This document shows, piece by piece, positions 49,305 through 58,450 of a DNA stretch of 64,000 nucleotides. The notes under the pieces were generated by a model, which saw nothing but the letters and a program-made list of their open reading frames with translations, was not told where the DNA came from and made no database searches. How positions within the stretch are numbered: the stretch's first letter is position 1; each line of letters starts with the position of its first letter. The position numbers and the translations under genes were made by a program. This DNA comes from an uncultured virus (IMG/VR IMGVR_UViG_3300020436_000010) (lineage: Duplodnaviria > Heunggongvirae > Uroviricota > Caudoviricetes): IMG/VR virus record IMGVR_UViG_3300020436_000010. The stretch is one strand, 5' to 3'.

Positions 49305-49489
49305 GCCTGTGTCACGAAAATCTTCAAAATCATTATGTCACTAATTTTAATTTGATGCAACATCATAAGTATAGTTTGACTGAATTAGATAATATGATAC
49401 CATTTGAAAGAGAAATTTATGTAACGTTATTGATACAACATATTAAAGAAGAAAACGAAAGGTTGAGAGACCAGCAAAATCAGAGATAA
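49292..49489 (+). CDS. gp51-like hub assembly ORF, in the -1 frame of gp26 (possible frameshift extension or independent start)
   Basis: LMQHHKYSLTELDNMIPFEREIYV.LL motif; the frame is open through the T TTT TTC site. Confidence 0.8.
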   Translation, partial: FFRISLCHENLQNHYVTNFNLMQHHKYSLTELDNMIPFEREIYVTLLIQHIKEENERLRDQQNQR

Positions 49490-49490
49490 C

Positions 49491-51395
49491 ATGGCAAGAA
49501 AAACCTTAGGAAAAATGGAATTTGAATCATTAGTCAAGTCCCTTCAAGAACAAAACAAAGGTCACATTGCGGCTCAGCAAGAGACAACAAAAAGTATTAG
49601 AAATCTGCAAGCATATTTTATTAAACAAGATAGAGCAGATATGAGAAGAAGACTTGAACAAGGTCTTGAAGAAAAACGTGAGGCACAAAAAGTTGTAGGT
49701 GGCAGTTCAAAAGGTAAAGGGTTGAGCAAAATTCCTACAAAAGGCCTTCTTGGTAGATTTATGGATTTTATTTTAACTGGTGCTTTAGGAACTGCAGGCA
49801 AAGGAATTTTTAGATCAATGTGGAGTGGAGTAAAATTTGGTGGTGGTTTCTTCAAAGGTCTTGCTGGTTTGATGGGTGGTCTCATTCTCGCACCAACAAT
49901 ATGGGAATCAATCACAAAAGGTTTTGAAAGTTACGAAAAAGATAAAGACATAGCGAATGCAATAGACACATCTATTTCAACATTTTTTGATAAGGCAGGG
50001 TTTTTTGGTGCAGTTGGTGCTGGTGCTTTAAGTTTTGGCTTGTTTGGAGGTCCAAGAGGTGCTATTGCTGGAGCGTTAGTTTTTGGGTCTTTATCAGCAG
50101 TTAAATCTGCTTTAGGAGAAGATACTACACTTGGTGATTTTTTCACTGGCAATGCTGGTAAGTTTGAATCTGCTCTTAGTGGTGCCGCTTTAGGAGCCGT
50201 TGCAGGATTTACACAAGGTGCTAAATTTGGTTTGAAAGGTGCGGTAGCAGGTTTATTAATTGGTGCAGGTCTTGGAGCGATAGGAGGTTTGCTTGTATCA
50301 AAAGATACAAACATAAATGCATTTTCAATAATGACATCTGTGTTAGGAGGTTTTGCAGGCGGTATGCTAGGATTAAAAGCAGGTGCTATGTTAGGTGCAG
50401 TTGGAGGTCCTGTTGGAATGATAGCAGGTGCATTACTAGGTGCCGCCATTGGTTTAGCACTAGGATCATTAGCAACTGAAGAATCTAATGCAGAAAAGGC
50501 AATAAAAAGCATGGCAAAAAAAGGTGCCAGAATAAAAGAACTTTCAGCAAAAACATCATTATCTAAAGATGAGCAAGCAGAATTAGCACAATTAGACAAA
50601 GATGTAAATCAAGATATTAAAGACGTAGGTCTTACTCAAGATAATGTAATGAAAGCCGCAAGTGCATATTCCGATGGAGATTTTGAAAAAATGGGAACCG
50701 TTGTAGAAATGGTTGCTGGAAGAGAACTGCCTGAACAATTAAAACGATTAGGTGAAATATTAGGTATTCGATTAACAAAATTAAGTGATTATTTTGAATT
50801 TGGTAATGAAGGATTTAATCTTTTACTCAAGAAAGATTTGAAAACAAAAAATCCATTAGGTGAAGAAGTGACATATCCTAAAGGATCAGTCCTTGATGTT
50901 GTTGTTGGCCAACAAGGCGGTCAGTATATGAATGTTTCAGATCCTATTGAAAGAAATATTCAAAATCGTTTTGTAACATTACCTGCAGAACATCCTATTA
51001 GAAAAGAAATGCAAGAAATGTCAGATCGAGGTGATGGTGATTTCTTTAAAGTTCATAACAAATATCTTGATGAATTAGCATCTTTTAGAAGAGGGTTTGG
51101 AGCATTTACTAGACCACAATTAATTCAAGTAGGTGATCAACCAACAAGTCAGGGTCAAGAATTAGTATTTACAGAAAAAAAATTCAATCAAATTATCAGT
51201 GATATTATTGATAATAACAGATTGAAACAGGAAAGAGATGCTATGATGGCAATGATACCTGCGATGACATCACAAGGGGGTGGAGGAACATCTATGCCAG
51301 TCATCAATAACTCATACTCATATCAAAACACGGAAAACACCGTGAGAGAAATGCCTACCACCAGTTCTCTAAACATGATGACGGCACTGGCATAG
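49491..51395 (+). CDS. Probable tape measure protein (gp29-like)
   Basis: 634 aa; Gly/Ala-rich hydrophobic GxxxG repeats (GAVGGPVGMIAGALLGAAIG); follows gp26/gp51. Confidence 0.7.
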   Translation: MARKTLGKMEFESLVKSLQEQNKGHIAAQQETTKSIRNLQAYFIKQDRADMRRRLEQGLEEKREAQKVVGGSSKGKGLSKIPTKGLLGRFMDFILTGALGTAGKGIFRSMWSGVKFGGGFFKGLAGLMGGLILAPTIWESITKGFESYEKDKDIANAIDTSISTFFDKAGFFGAVGAGALSFGLFGGPRGAIAGALVFGSLSAVKSALGEDTTLGDFFTGNAGKFESALSGAALGAVAGFTQGAKFGLKGAVAGLLIGAGLGAIGGLLVSKDTNINAFSIMTSVLGGFAGGMLGLKAGAMLGAVGGPVGMIAGALLGAAIGLALGSLATEESNAEKAIKSMAKKGARIKELSAKTSLSKDEQAELAQLDKDVNQDIKDVGLTQDNVMKAASAYSDGDFEKMGTVVEMVAGRELPEQLKRLGEILGIRLTKLSDYFEFGNEGFNLLLKKDLKTKNPLGEEVTYPKGSVLDVVVGQQGGQYMNVSDPIERNIQNRFVTLPAEHPIRKEMQEMSDRGDGDFFKVHNKYLDELASFRRGFGAFTRPQLIQVGDQPTSQGQELVFTEKKFNQIISDIIDNNRLKQERDAMMAMIPAMTSQGGGGTSMPVINNSYSYQNTENTVREMPTTSSLNMMTALA

Positions 51396-51407
51396 ATGTT
51401 TTATAGA

Positions 51408-52301
51408 TTACTCGTTGGCTAGTTTAGCAAAGTACGACATCTCTTCGTCTTCTTCACCAGTTGTTTCACCAGCATAATCTTCTGCCGTAGTTGGCTTCTC
51501 AGTTGGTGTAGTAGATGGCTCAGCAGTTTTATACATTTGAGTCACCTTTGGTGAATCAAGACCAAGAACAGTATTAAGTCGTTCTTGAAGTTCGTCAAAG
51601 GTTTTAAAGTTTGAATCATCTGAAAATTCACTCAACTTATATTGAGTCTTCCAGATTCTTTCAAGTTCAGCCTCATCTTCTACAAGTTGTGCAGGTTTCT
51701 CAAACTCACTCTTATCATAATTCTGATAACCTTCAACTTTACGAATCTTCAACTTGAAGTTTGCACCTTCCCAGAAATCAAATGGATTTACTGGAGTCTC
51801 ATCTTCAAATTCTGGATTCATAAGATCATTGATCTTGTCAAAGATTTTCTTACCATACTTGTAGAGAAAAACTTTACCTTCGTTTTGAGGGTTCTTTGGA
51901 TCACTCACAACATAGATGTTAGAGAAGTATGTCAATCTTCTCTTTTGCTTACGAGCAATTTCTTTGTTGGCTTCAATACCAGAGTTCCAAAGAGTTCGAT
52001 TGTACTCTGAAACAGGATCTTTCTTACCGATTGTAGTCAAAGAGTTTTCAATGTACCATTGTCCTGTAGGACCTTGAAAACCATGATTGAATACTCTCGC
52101 CCAAGGAACATCTTCACCGTCACATGGAGGAAGGAAACGAATAACGGCATAACCATTACCAGACTTATCGACTTCTGCTTTCCAGATTCGATCATCTGTA
52201 TAGTTCTTTGTTTCTGTTTCGGGATTATTTACTTTGTTGATTTCATCATTCAACTTCTTCATGAAATCATTACGGGACTTTTTTAGATTTGCAAACGACA
52301 T
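51408..52301 (-). CDS. gp32: Single-stranded DNA-binding protein (gp32)
   Basis: GNGYAVIRFLP, WYIENSLTT, YGKKIFDKI, GANFKLKIRKVEGYQNYD, acidic tail. Confidence 0.98.
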   Translation of the reverse strand: MSFANLKKSRNDFMKKLNDEINKVNNPETETKNYTDDRIWKAEVDKSGNGYAVIRFLPPCDGEDVPWARVFNHGFQGPTGQWYIENSLTTIGKKDPVSEYNRTLWNSGIEANKEIARKQKRRLTYFSNIYVVSDPKNPQNEGKVFLYKYGKKIFDKINDLMNPEFEDETPVNPFDFWEGANFKLKIRKVEGYQNYDKSEFEKPAQLVEDEAELERIWKTQYKLSEFSDDSNFKTFDELQERLNTVLGLDSPKVTQMYKTAEPSTTPTEKPTTAEDYAGETTGEEDEEMSYFAKLANE

Positions 52302-52347
52302 ATTACTCCTTATTTCGTTATATTAAAGTATTAAGTTTAAAAGACAC

Positions 52348-52376
52348 ATTGTAACACATATATTACGATATGTCAA
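52348..52376 (-). promoter_or_regulatory. sigma70-type promoter for gp32
   Basis: TTGACA-17 nt-TACAAT on the - strand. Confidence 0.75.
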
Positions 52377-52968
52377 GTTTCTTTCGTAGTATTGTACGAA
52401 ATTTCGTCTTATCCACCTCCAAGAATGGAGAATACTTTTGCACCTTTTTACGAAATTCTGGCCAGACTATTTTTTCTTTAATCTGTTTATTCCATCTAGG
52501 TACAAAATTAACAACATCATTAATAATTATAAAAGTCTCAATCATAATATATTTAGCAAGACACATTTTTAACAAAATGGGATGCTGACCACTTTCGACT
52601 TTAAATAGATCATCAAATTGATGCTCATTCAAAAGTTTATCAATATCATTTGAAAACATATATGATAAACTTTGAATTCTTTTTTGCCAATCTTTATAAG
52701 CAATATCGGCTTGTTCTGTTAATGTATCTGTCATCCAAAAAAATTCATTATCAACTAAGTTGGCAACAAAAAATTTTGTTATCTCTTCATCATTATAAGT
52801 TTTTGCAAGTTTTGCGAAAAGAAAATTATCTTTTCTTTTAGAGAATGTCATTTTTGAAGTACGAATATTCATACTATCATATTTGAAATAGTCATACGAT
52901 GGTGACGTAAAATGTCTTTTTATCGCAAGATATTCTTTGTAACATTCATAAGGTTCCACTTTAATCAT
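52363..52968 (-). CDS. gp59: Helicase loader (gp59)
   Basis: YLAIKRHF...YDYFKY, RKD..LF.KLA, FFVAN; gene order 33-59-32. Confidence 0.92.
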   Translation of the reverse strand: MIKVEPYECYKEYLAIKRHFTSPSYDYFKYDSMNIRTSKMTFSKRKDNFLFAKLAKTYNDEEITKFFVANLVDNEFFWMTDTLTEQADIAYKDWQKRIQSLSYMFSNDIDKLLNEHQFDDLFKVESGQHPILLKMCLAKYIMIETFIIINDVVNFVPRWNKQIKEKIVWPEFRKKVQKYSPFLEVDKTKFRTILRKKLDIS

Positions 52969-53189
52969 AATCCAGGTATGCGAGTTGGTTTTGGAAGAAA
53001 ATGTAAATTTTCTGCCTCTTCTCTTATTTTTTGTTTTAAGGATCCTTGTACAAGTTTTCCAATAGTTTCAATTTCTATTTTGTGTTCTTCACAATAGTAT
53101 TGAATAGCGTCCATATAAGTCATATTTTTTGATCTTTTGATATGTTCTATTGCTATTGTAAAATCTTGAGGAGATAATATTTTAAGCAT
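52965..53189 (-). CDS. gp33: Late transcription coactivator (gp33)
   Basis: F...IE....YMDAI..YCEE..IE.E....L....LK.KI..EA..L.FL. Confidence 0.9.
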   Translation of the reverse strand: MLKILSPQDFTIAIEHIKRSKNMTYMDAIQYYCEEHKIEIETIGKLVQGSLKQKIREEAENLHFLPKPTRIPGL

Positions 53190-56100
53190 TTAATTTCTTT
53201 ATGATTTCATCGATTGATTTTTTAACCATATCTGGCGTAATACTCTTTGTACATACAAAGTCATTATTGTCAGGACACCAGTCCCATTTACCAGGGTCAA
53301 AAGTGTGTCGATTATAACAACTATTACATACATCTTTATTGTGAATTCTTTCACAATCTATTTGAAATTCTGAATAAGGTTCGCTAAAACCTGATATAAG
53401 AACTACATGTTTATTCAAGGACCATGCAAGCCATGATAGTCCAGAACCAAGACCCATAAAAAATTCACAACCATTTATTGTAGCAATAGTTTGATCAAGT
53501 GTTCTTTCGTGTCTATGAATAACTCCTTCTGGTGATTGATTCATGAAGTCACCTGCACCAAAAGTACCATGTTTATCGACACAAACAACATCAAAGTTTT
53601 TTTCTTTTAAGTATTTAACTATCTCATTCCAACCTCCTTCGTAATTCCAATATTTTGCTTGTGCAGTAGATTGCATCCCAATACAAACGTATGGATTTTG
53701 CAATTCTGCTTCAAGTTCATTTACACTTATTTTAGCACGTTCTTCCCTATAGTCAAGACCTAGAATAGAAGATGAGACTTTTTGTAAAGGAACTTTCATA
53801 GTATCGACAGGACATGCATCAGGATCTGCCTTTAACCAACCAACCCAATAATGATAATCAAAAGGTTTTTCGGCTAATGTTTTATTATGATCATCTAAAA
53901 ATGTAATATTAGGATATTGTTCTCTAAATAAATGATTGAAGAATGTAAAACAATAGACCTTGCAATTATGCTTTTGTTGAAATTGATTCACTGAACCAAT
54001 CCATGCTAGATTATCACCTAAAGCACCTGAATCAAAATAAACATATACTGATTCTTTTGATAAATCCATTAGATGCTCAAATACAATTGTGCCAGTCTTT
54101 TTTTCTGCAACCTCTATTTTCCAATTTACAAAATATTTTATGTTTGAACCTGCCCAACAATTATTAGTAATTGTATTTCTATAGATTACACTACCAGTAT
54201 CTTGATTGTAAAATGTTATATCATATTCTTTATTGTTCGGCCCCAATATTTCAATAATTGGATTAGGTTCAAATTTTAAATTTATTTCATTTGTTTCAAT
54301 AACAGGTTCTTTTATTTTAAAATCAGTCTCAGAATATGCATATACCAGACGATCTTTCATAGTATTTTGCCAATTATTTTTAAGATCTCTGGCCTCATAA
54401 TAATATTGCTCTAATGTTTTAAAGATGTTTATCCAATCTCTTTCAACCGCAAATGCTCTTGCTTTTTTAGAATAATCATCATAATCGTTAATGATATTTC
54501 TTATACCATCGACAATCGTATCAACTTCTCTTGTACATTGTACCATACCAGAAATCTCTACCTCATCTTGCATAGTACCTACGCACGGCAAACCACATGC
54601 CATCGCTTCCAAAACTGCTAGACAAGGTTGTCCAGTTTCTATCGTTGATGGATGAATAATTATACTATGTTCGTTGAGAACTGACCTCAATTCATGCTTA
54701 TCAATGTTTCCTGTTTGATGTATTTCAATATTATTTTTTGCATTATTTAAAACGGCATTAAAAATTTTATTATAATTGTCATGAATGCTATCAGGTCCTA
54801 CAATCGTAATTGGCAAACCCAATTTATCTGCCGCCTGAATTGCTAAATGAAAGCCTTTTCTGTCATCACCTCCACCTACGCATACTAATCTTGTTTCTTT
54901 CTTCTGATTTGTTGGAAAGAAAAAATTTGAATCAACACCATGATCTAATTTTCGCAATTTTTCACCGTGTTCGTAATAAGGAATTAGATGATTACAAGGA
55001 ATCATAGAAAATAATGAATTTTTTATTGACTCATCATTTACCTTATAATACCATGAGTCTTTTCCATTGATCCACGGATGAACATCATGAGTTGTAAAAA
55101 TATACGGTATTCTTCTATCTCTTACAATATCGTTAAAACCACCAGTATGAACGTGAAATATGTCATATTCTTCGATGTCTGCTTGAGTTATATCATCTAA
55201 CCACTTTAAAGAAACATTATGACCATAATACTCAGCCATTCTTATGTAATGATATATAACTTCTTCTAGCCCACCGTATTTTTTTGGTGGTATGTCAAGA
55301 CCACATCCTACATGAACTTGCATTATTTTTAGATTATCAGAAGTTGTTTTTACTCTTTCTACATGTGTTTTTTCAAAAGGTTGTTGTTCTACTTCTATTT
55401 TTGGCTCATGAAATTTTTTGAGAGATACAATATGATATCGATTCTGTTGTTCAAAAAAATTAAAAAAATATCCCATCTGCACAACTTTATCTTGAATTGA
55501 TGCAATATTATCTTCGTTTGTTCTTAAATTAAAATGAAGATTTTTATTTTCTGAAAACAAAATCAATTCATAATTTTGCGATCCGCTACGTTGTATTCGT
55601 TCTAAGAGTTTTTCAATTTCAAGAGATGTTGTGTCTAATTGAATTTTTACAAAATAATATTCTATAACTTGATCAAACTTGTCGAAATTAATATCATGAT
55701 CAAAAAATAATCTATAAATTTTATCTTGTTGTTCTACAGTATATTGAAAGTTGATGAAAGATACGTTTTGAGGTGTTGTGGCCCAATTAAGTGATGTATT
55801 ATAAGTTGATTCTGCTAACTCATAAACATCATCAAAGTATTTTAAATTTCTTGGTTGTTCAAGAACAAAGTGTGTTCTACGTTCTTTCGCATCAATTGCT
55901 AATTGTGCTTCACCTCTTTGATTCCATCGTGTAAAATTTTCAGATGCACCATGCTCTCTTGCTAGATATAGTGTTCTCGGAATACTCAACCATTTGCCTC
56001 GTTCTTCAAGCATCAATAACCACTGTCCATCATTTGAAGAACACGCATCACCGTCTTGATGCTCTGGAAAATCTAATCCAGGTAAATTTCTAAAGATCCT

Positions 56101-57417
56101 TAAATAACCAAATATGCCACTTCTACAATGCCATAGTTTTTGAAATCCTTCTAGAAATGAATCATTGTCGTTTGAAATATAAACATTGTCTTTGTAATTT
56201 TCAAAAGTTTTTTCTGGACCTTCTGGTAATATTTCTGAATATTTGTTAGCATTAAAATGCATCAAGACAACTTCAGGAAACATTTGAAAATAATAATTTA
56301 TTTTTTCAAAACAGTTTGGTAGCAATTTATCATCAGCATCTAAATGACAAACAATATCTCCGCTTGCAAACTTTTGTGGATTCCACCACATTTGTTTTTT
56401 GTGATTTGGATAAGCAACTTTAATTCTTGGATCTTTACTTTGAAGATCTAAAAGTTTTTGAAGTGTATTGTCATCTGAAAAATCATCACCAACAACCCAT
56501 TCCCAATTGTCATAATTTTGATTGATAACACTATCTGCCAACTCATCAATAAATCTTTCTGCATTGAAGCACGATGTTACAAGAGAAAGTTTGAGACCTT
56601 TGCTCTTAGGCTCGTATTTAGAACGTACAATATTATACTTTTTTTCGACAACAATTTGATTTTTAACTTCGTCAAATTCCCATGCTACAGGCTCAACCCA
56701 CTGTCCTGCAGTAGATGCTGATCTCTCATAAAACCAATCATAATTATAACTGTATATTTTAGGAAATTTTTCATCACTAAATTTGTCACGCAATCTTTCA
56801 GTGCCAGCATATTCATTATCTCTAAAACCTTCATTCTCAATTGACAAATCTAACAATAATTCTCTATTCCAAATCGTAGGCTGATGAGAAATCAACCAAT
56901 CGTTATCTCTTTTCCACTGAAGAAGTTTTCGATCATGAATAATTAAATCAGTTTCATGTTTAGGAATAACATCTTCACCACGTTTTACTCTATGCAATTT
57001 CATTGCACCAACATCATACGCATAACAAAATTTTGCAAGATCTGCAAATACCTCTTTATCAACCTTAAATTTAGGCCATTGATCTTCTTGTAGATAAAGA
57101 ATATATTTTGTATCTACACTTTTGAGCATATGAATTAATCTATTACTCCAACCCTCATCTATCTGTTTAGGTCCGCCATACGTAGGCAACCAGTCACGTT
57201 TTTCTGTACCCCAATATTTTTTGCTCTTACCTGTTTTAATTTGTTTAATTCTATCGTCTTTGTAAGGAAAATCTACTTCTTCATTGCAGAAATATATTTG
57301 CCAGTCAAGATCCCATGCCCAAAAACGATTGAACATAACATACCATCCTTCCCAAAAATGAGAATATGAATCGCATGTTTGTACTAATACACTTACTTTA
57401 TCTTTATGGTATGTCAT
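53182..57417 (-). CDS. Multi-domain glycosyltransferase: GT-A-like + GT2 + GT4 + AAH/TibC-type O-heptosyltransferase, 1411 aa
   Basis: GT2: TSCFNAERFI..SV.NQ.Y.NWEW...DDFSDD, LDADD. GT4: IPP..YGGLE, LAVLEAMACGLP. C-terminus: ALGDNLAW, QSTAQAKYWN..GW, FMGLGSGLSWLAW, LISGFS, CNSCYN..WCP..C. Confidence 0.88.
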   Translation of the reverse strand: MTYHKDKVSVLVQTCDSYSHFWEGWYVMFNRFWAWDLDWQIYFCNEEVDFPYKDDRIKQIKTGKSKKYWGTEKRDWLPTYGGPKQIDEGWSNRLIHMLKSVDTKYILYLQEDQWPKFKVDKEVFADLAKFCYAYDVGAMKLHRVKRGEDVIPKHETDLIIHDRKLLQWKRDNDWLISHQPTIWNRELLLDLSIENEGFRDNEYAGTERLRDKFSDEKFPKIYSYNYDWFYERSASTAGQWVEPVAWEFDEVKNQIVVEKKYNIVRSKYEPKSKGLKLSLVTSCFNAERFIDELADSVINQNYDNWEWVVGDDFSDDNTLQKLLDLQSKDPRIKVAYPNHKKQMWWNPQKFASGDIVCHLDADDKLLPNCFEKINYYFQMFPEVVLMHFNANKYSEILPEGPEKTFENYKDNVYISNDNDSFLEGFQKLWHCRSGIFGYLRIFRNLPGLDFPEHQDGDACSSNDGQWLLMLEERGKWLSIPRTLYLAREHGASENFTRWNQRGEAQLAIDAKERRTHFVLEQPRNLKYFDDVYELAESTYNTSLNWATTPQNVSFINFQYTVEQQDKIYRLFFDHDINFDKFDQVIEYYFVKIQLDTTSLEIEKLLERIQRSGSQNYELILFSENKNLHFNLRTNEDNIASIQDKVVQMGYFFNFFEQQNRYHIVSLKKFHEPKIEVEQQPFEKTHVERVKTTSDNLKIMQVHVGCGLDIPPKKYGGLEEVIYHYIRMAEYYGHNVSLKWLDDITQADIEEYDIFHVHTGGFNDIVRDRRIPYIFTTHDVHPWINGKDSWYYKVNDESIKNSLFSMIPCNHLIPYYEHGEKLRKLDHGVDSNFFFPTNQKKETRLVCVGGGDDRKGFHLAIQAADKLGLPITIVGPDSIHDNYNKIFNAVLNNAKNNIEIHQTGNIDKHELRSVLNEHSIIIHPSTIETGQPCLAVLEAMACGLPCVGTMQDEVEISGMVQCTREVDTIVDGIRNIINDYDDYSKKARAFAVERDWINIFKTLEQYYYEARDLKNNWQNTMKDRLVYAYSETDFKIKEPVIETNEINLKFEPNPIIEILGPNNKEYDITFYNQDTGSVIYRNTITNNCWAGSNIKYFVNWKIEVAEKKTGTIVFEHLMDLSKESVYVYFDSGALGDNLAWIGSVNQFQQKHNCKVYCFTFFNHLFREQYPNITFLDDHNKTLAEKPFDYHYWVGWLKADPDACPVDTMKVPLQKVSSSILGLDYREERAKISVNELEAELQNPYVCIGMQSTAQAKYWNYEGGWNEIVKYLKEKNFDVVCVDKHGTFGAGDFMNQSPEGVIHRHERTLDQTIATINGCEFFMGLGSGLSWLAWSLNKHVVLISGFSEPYSEFQIDCERIHNKDVCNSCYNRHTFDPGKWDWCPDNNDFVCTKSITPDMVKKSIDEIIKKLNA

Positions 57418-58450
57418 GCCAAGAATTACATCCTATAATAAATTGTTTTGTATCGGGGTTTGAAAAATCATATTCTTTAAAGAATTCATCGTTTATCAAA
57501 ATTCTAAAGTGTTTTAACATATCTTCAGCAAAAAAATCAGTTCGATAGGCCCAATCTGCTAGTGGAAAATCACTGTAATAATTGCCATTAATCTCTAAAG
57601 TAACTTTTATTATTCCCTTTGGACTCATAGCAAAAAATTTGTAACCTTTCAACTCTTCCATATATGCCAAACAAATCCATGGCATATCATGATCTGTGTA
57701 AATTTTTTGTTTTTCAAATCCTATTCTTTTCGTTGTTTCTTCTAAATTTTTGATTGTGATATCTGATTCATTATTTCCTTCTCTGTCATTAACAAATGAT
57801 ATACCCATTACATAACCTAATAATTCTTCACCAATTTGCATACCTTCATTTTTCATTTTTTCAATAAGTTGATCATCATTAAACATTGACAGTCTTCTGT
57901 GTAAATAATCAACTTTGCACGACATGATCAAAGTCATAATTTGCCAATGTCTAAATTTAAACCCTCCTTTTTGATTACCGTCAGGTATGCACATGTTTTG
58001 TTTTTCACGTTCATACAAAACTGCTTGCTGACCATTGTTTATTATCAAACTATTTTCAACCAATTCGTCATCTGTAGGTAAGAAACCATCATAATCAAAA
58101 AGATGAATGATGTTCTTATTTAACAATTTTGCATATGAGACACCTGCAAGTAACAACCTATAAACTGCTAGTATCGTGCTATTTTTAAAAAACTCTCTGC
58201 TTGAAATATTGAATCTTGGTGTATAGTGTGTGATGTAGCCTTTGAGACCTATATCATTTATTAGTGTATTGTCTTTATCATAAATTGCATAATCACATAA
58301 TTGTTGTGTATCTTTATCTAAAGGTAAATGGCTTGCGACAATAACATCATAACCAAAATCTTTAAACTGTTTGATGAATTTATGACAAATTTCTTTTCTT
58401 TCATTAGTAGAAAGATATGCATGAAGTAAAACAATTTCATCAGATTTCAT
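57404..58450 (-). CDS. Hypothetical protein in the glycosyltransferase island (possible GT-A-like, DYD motif)
   Basis: 348-aa ORF overlapping both neighbours; IIHLFDYD. Confidence 0.7.
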   Translation of the reverse strand: MKSDEIVLLHAYLSTNERKEICHKFIKQFKDFGYDVIVASHLPLDKDTQQLCDYAIYDKDNTLINDIGLKGYITHYTPRFNISSREFFKNSTILAVYRLLLAGVSYAKLLNKNIIHLFDYDGFLPTDDELVENSLIINNGQQAVLYEREKQNMCIPDGNQKGGFKFRHWQIMTLIMSCKVDYLHRRLSMFNDDQLIEKMKNEGMQIGEELLGYVMGISFVNDREGNNESDITIKNLEETTKRIGFEKQKIYTDHDMPWICLAYMEELKGYKFFAMSPKGIIKVTLEINGNYYSDFPLADWAYRTDFFAEDMLKHFRILINDEFFKEYDFSNPDTKQFIIGCNSWHDIP

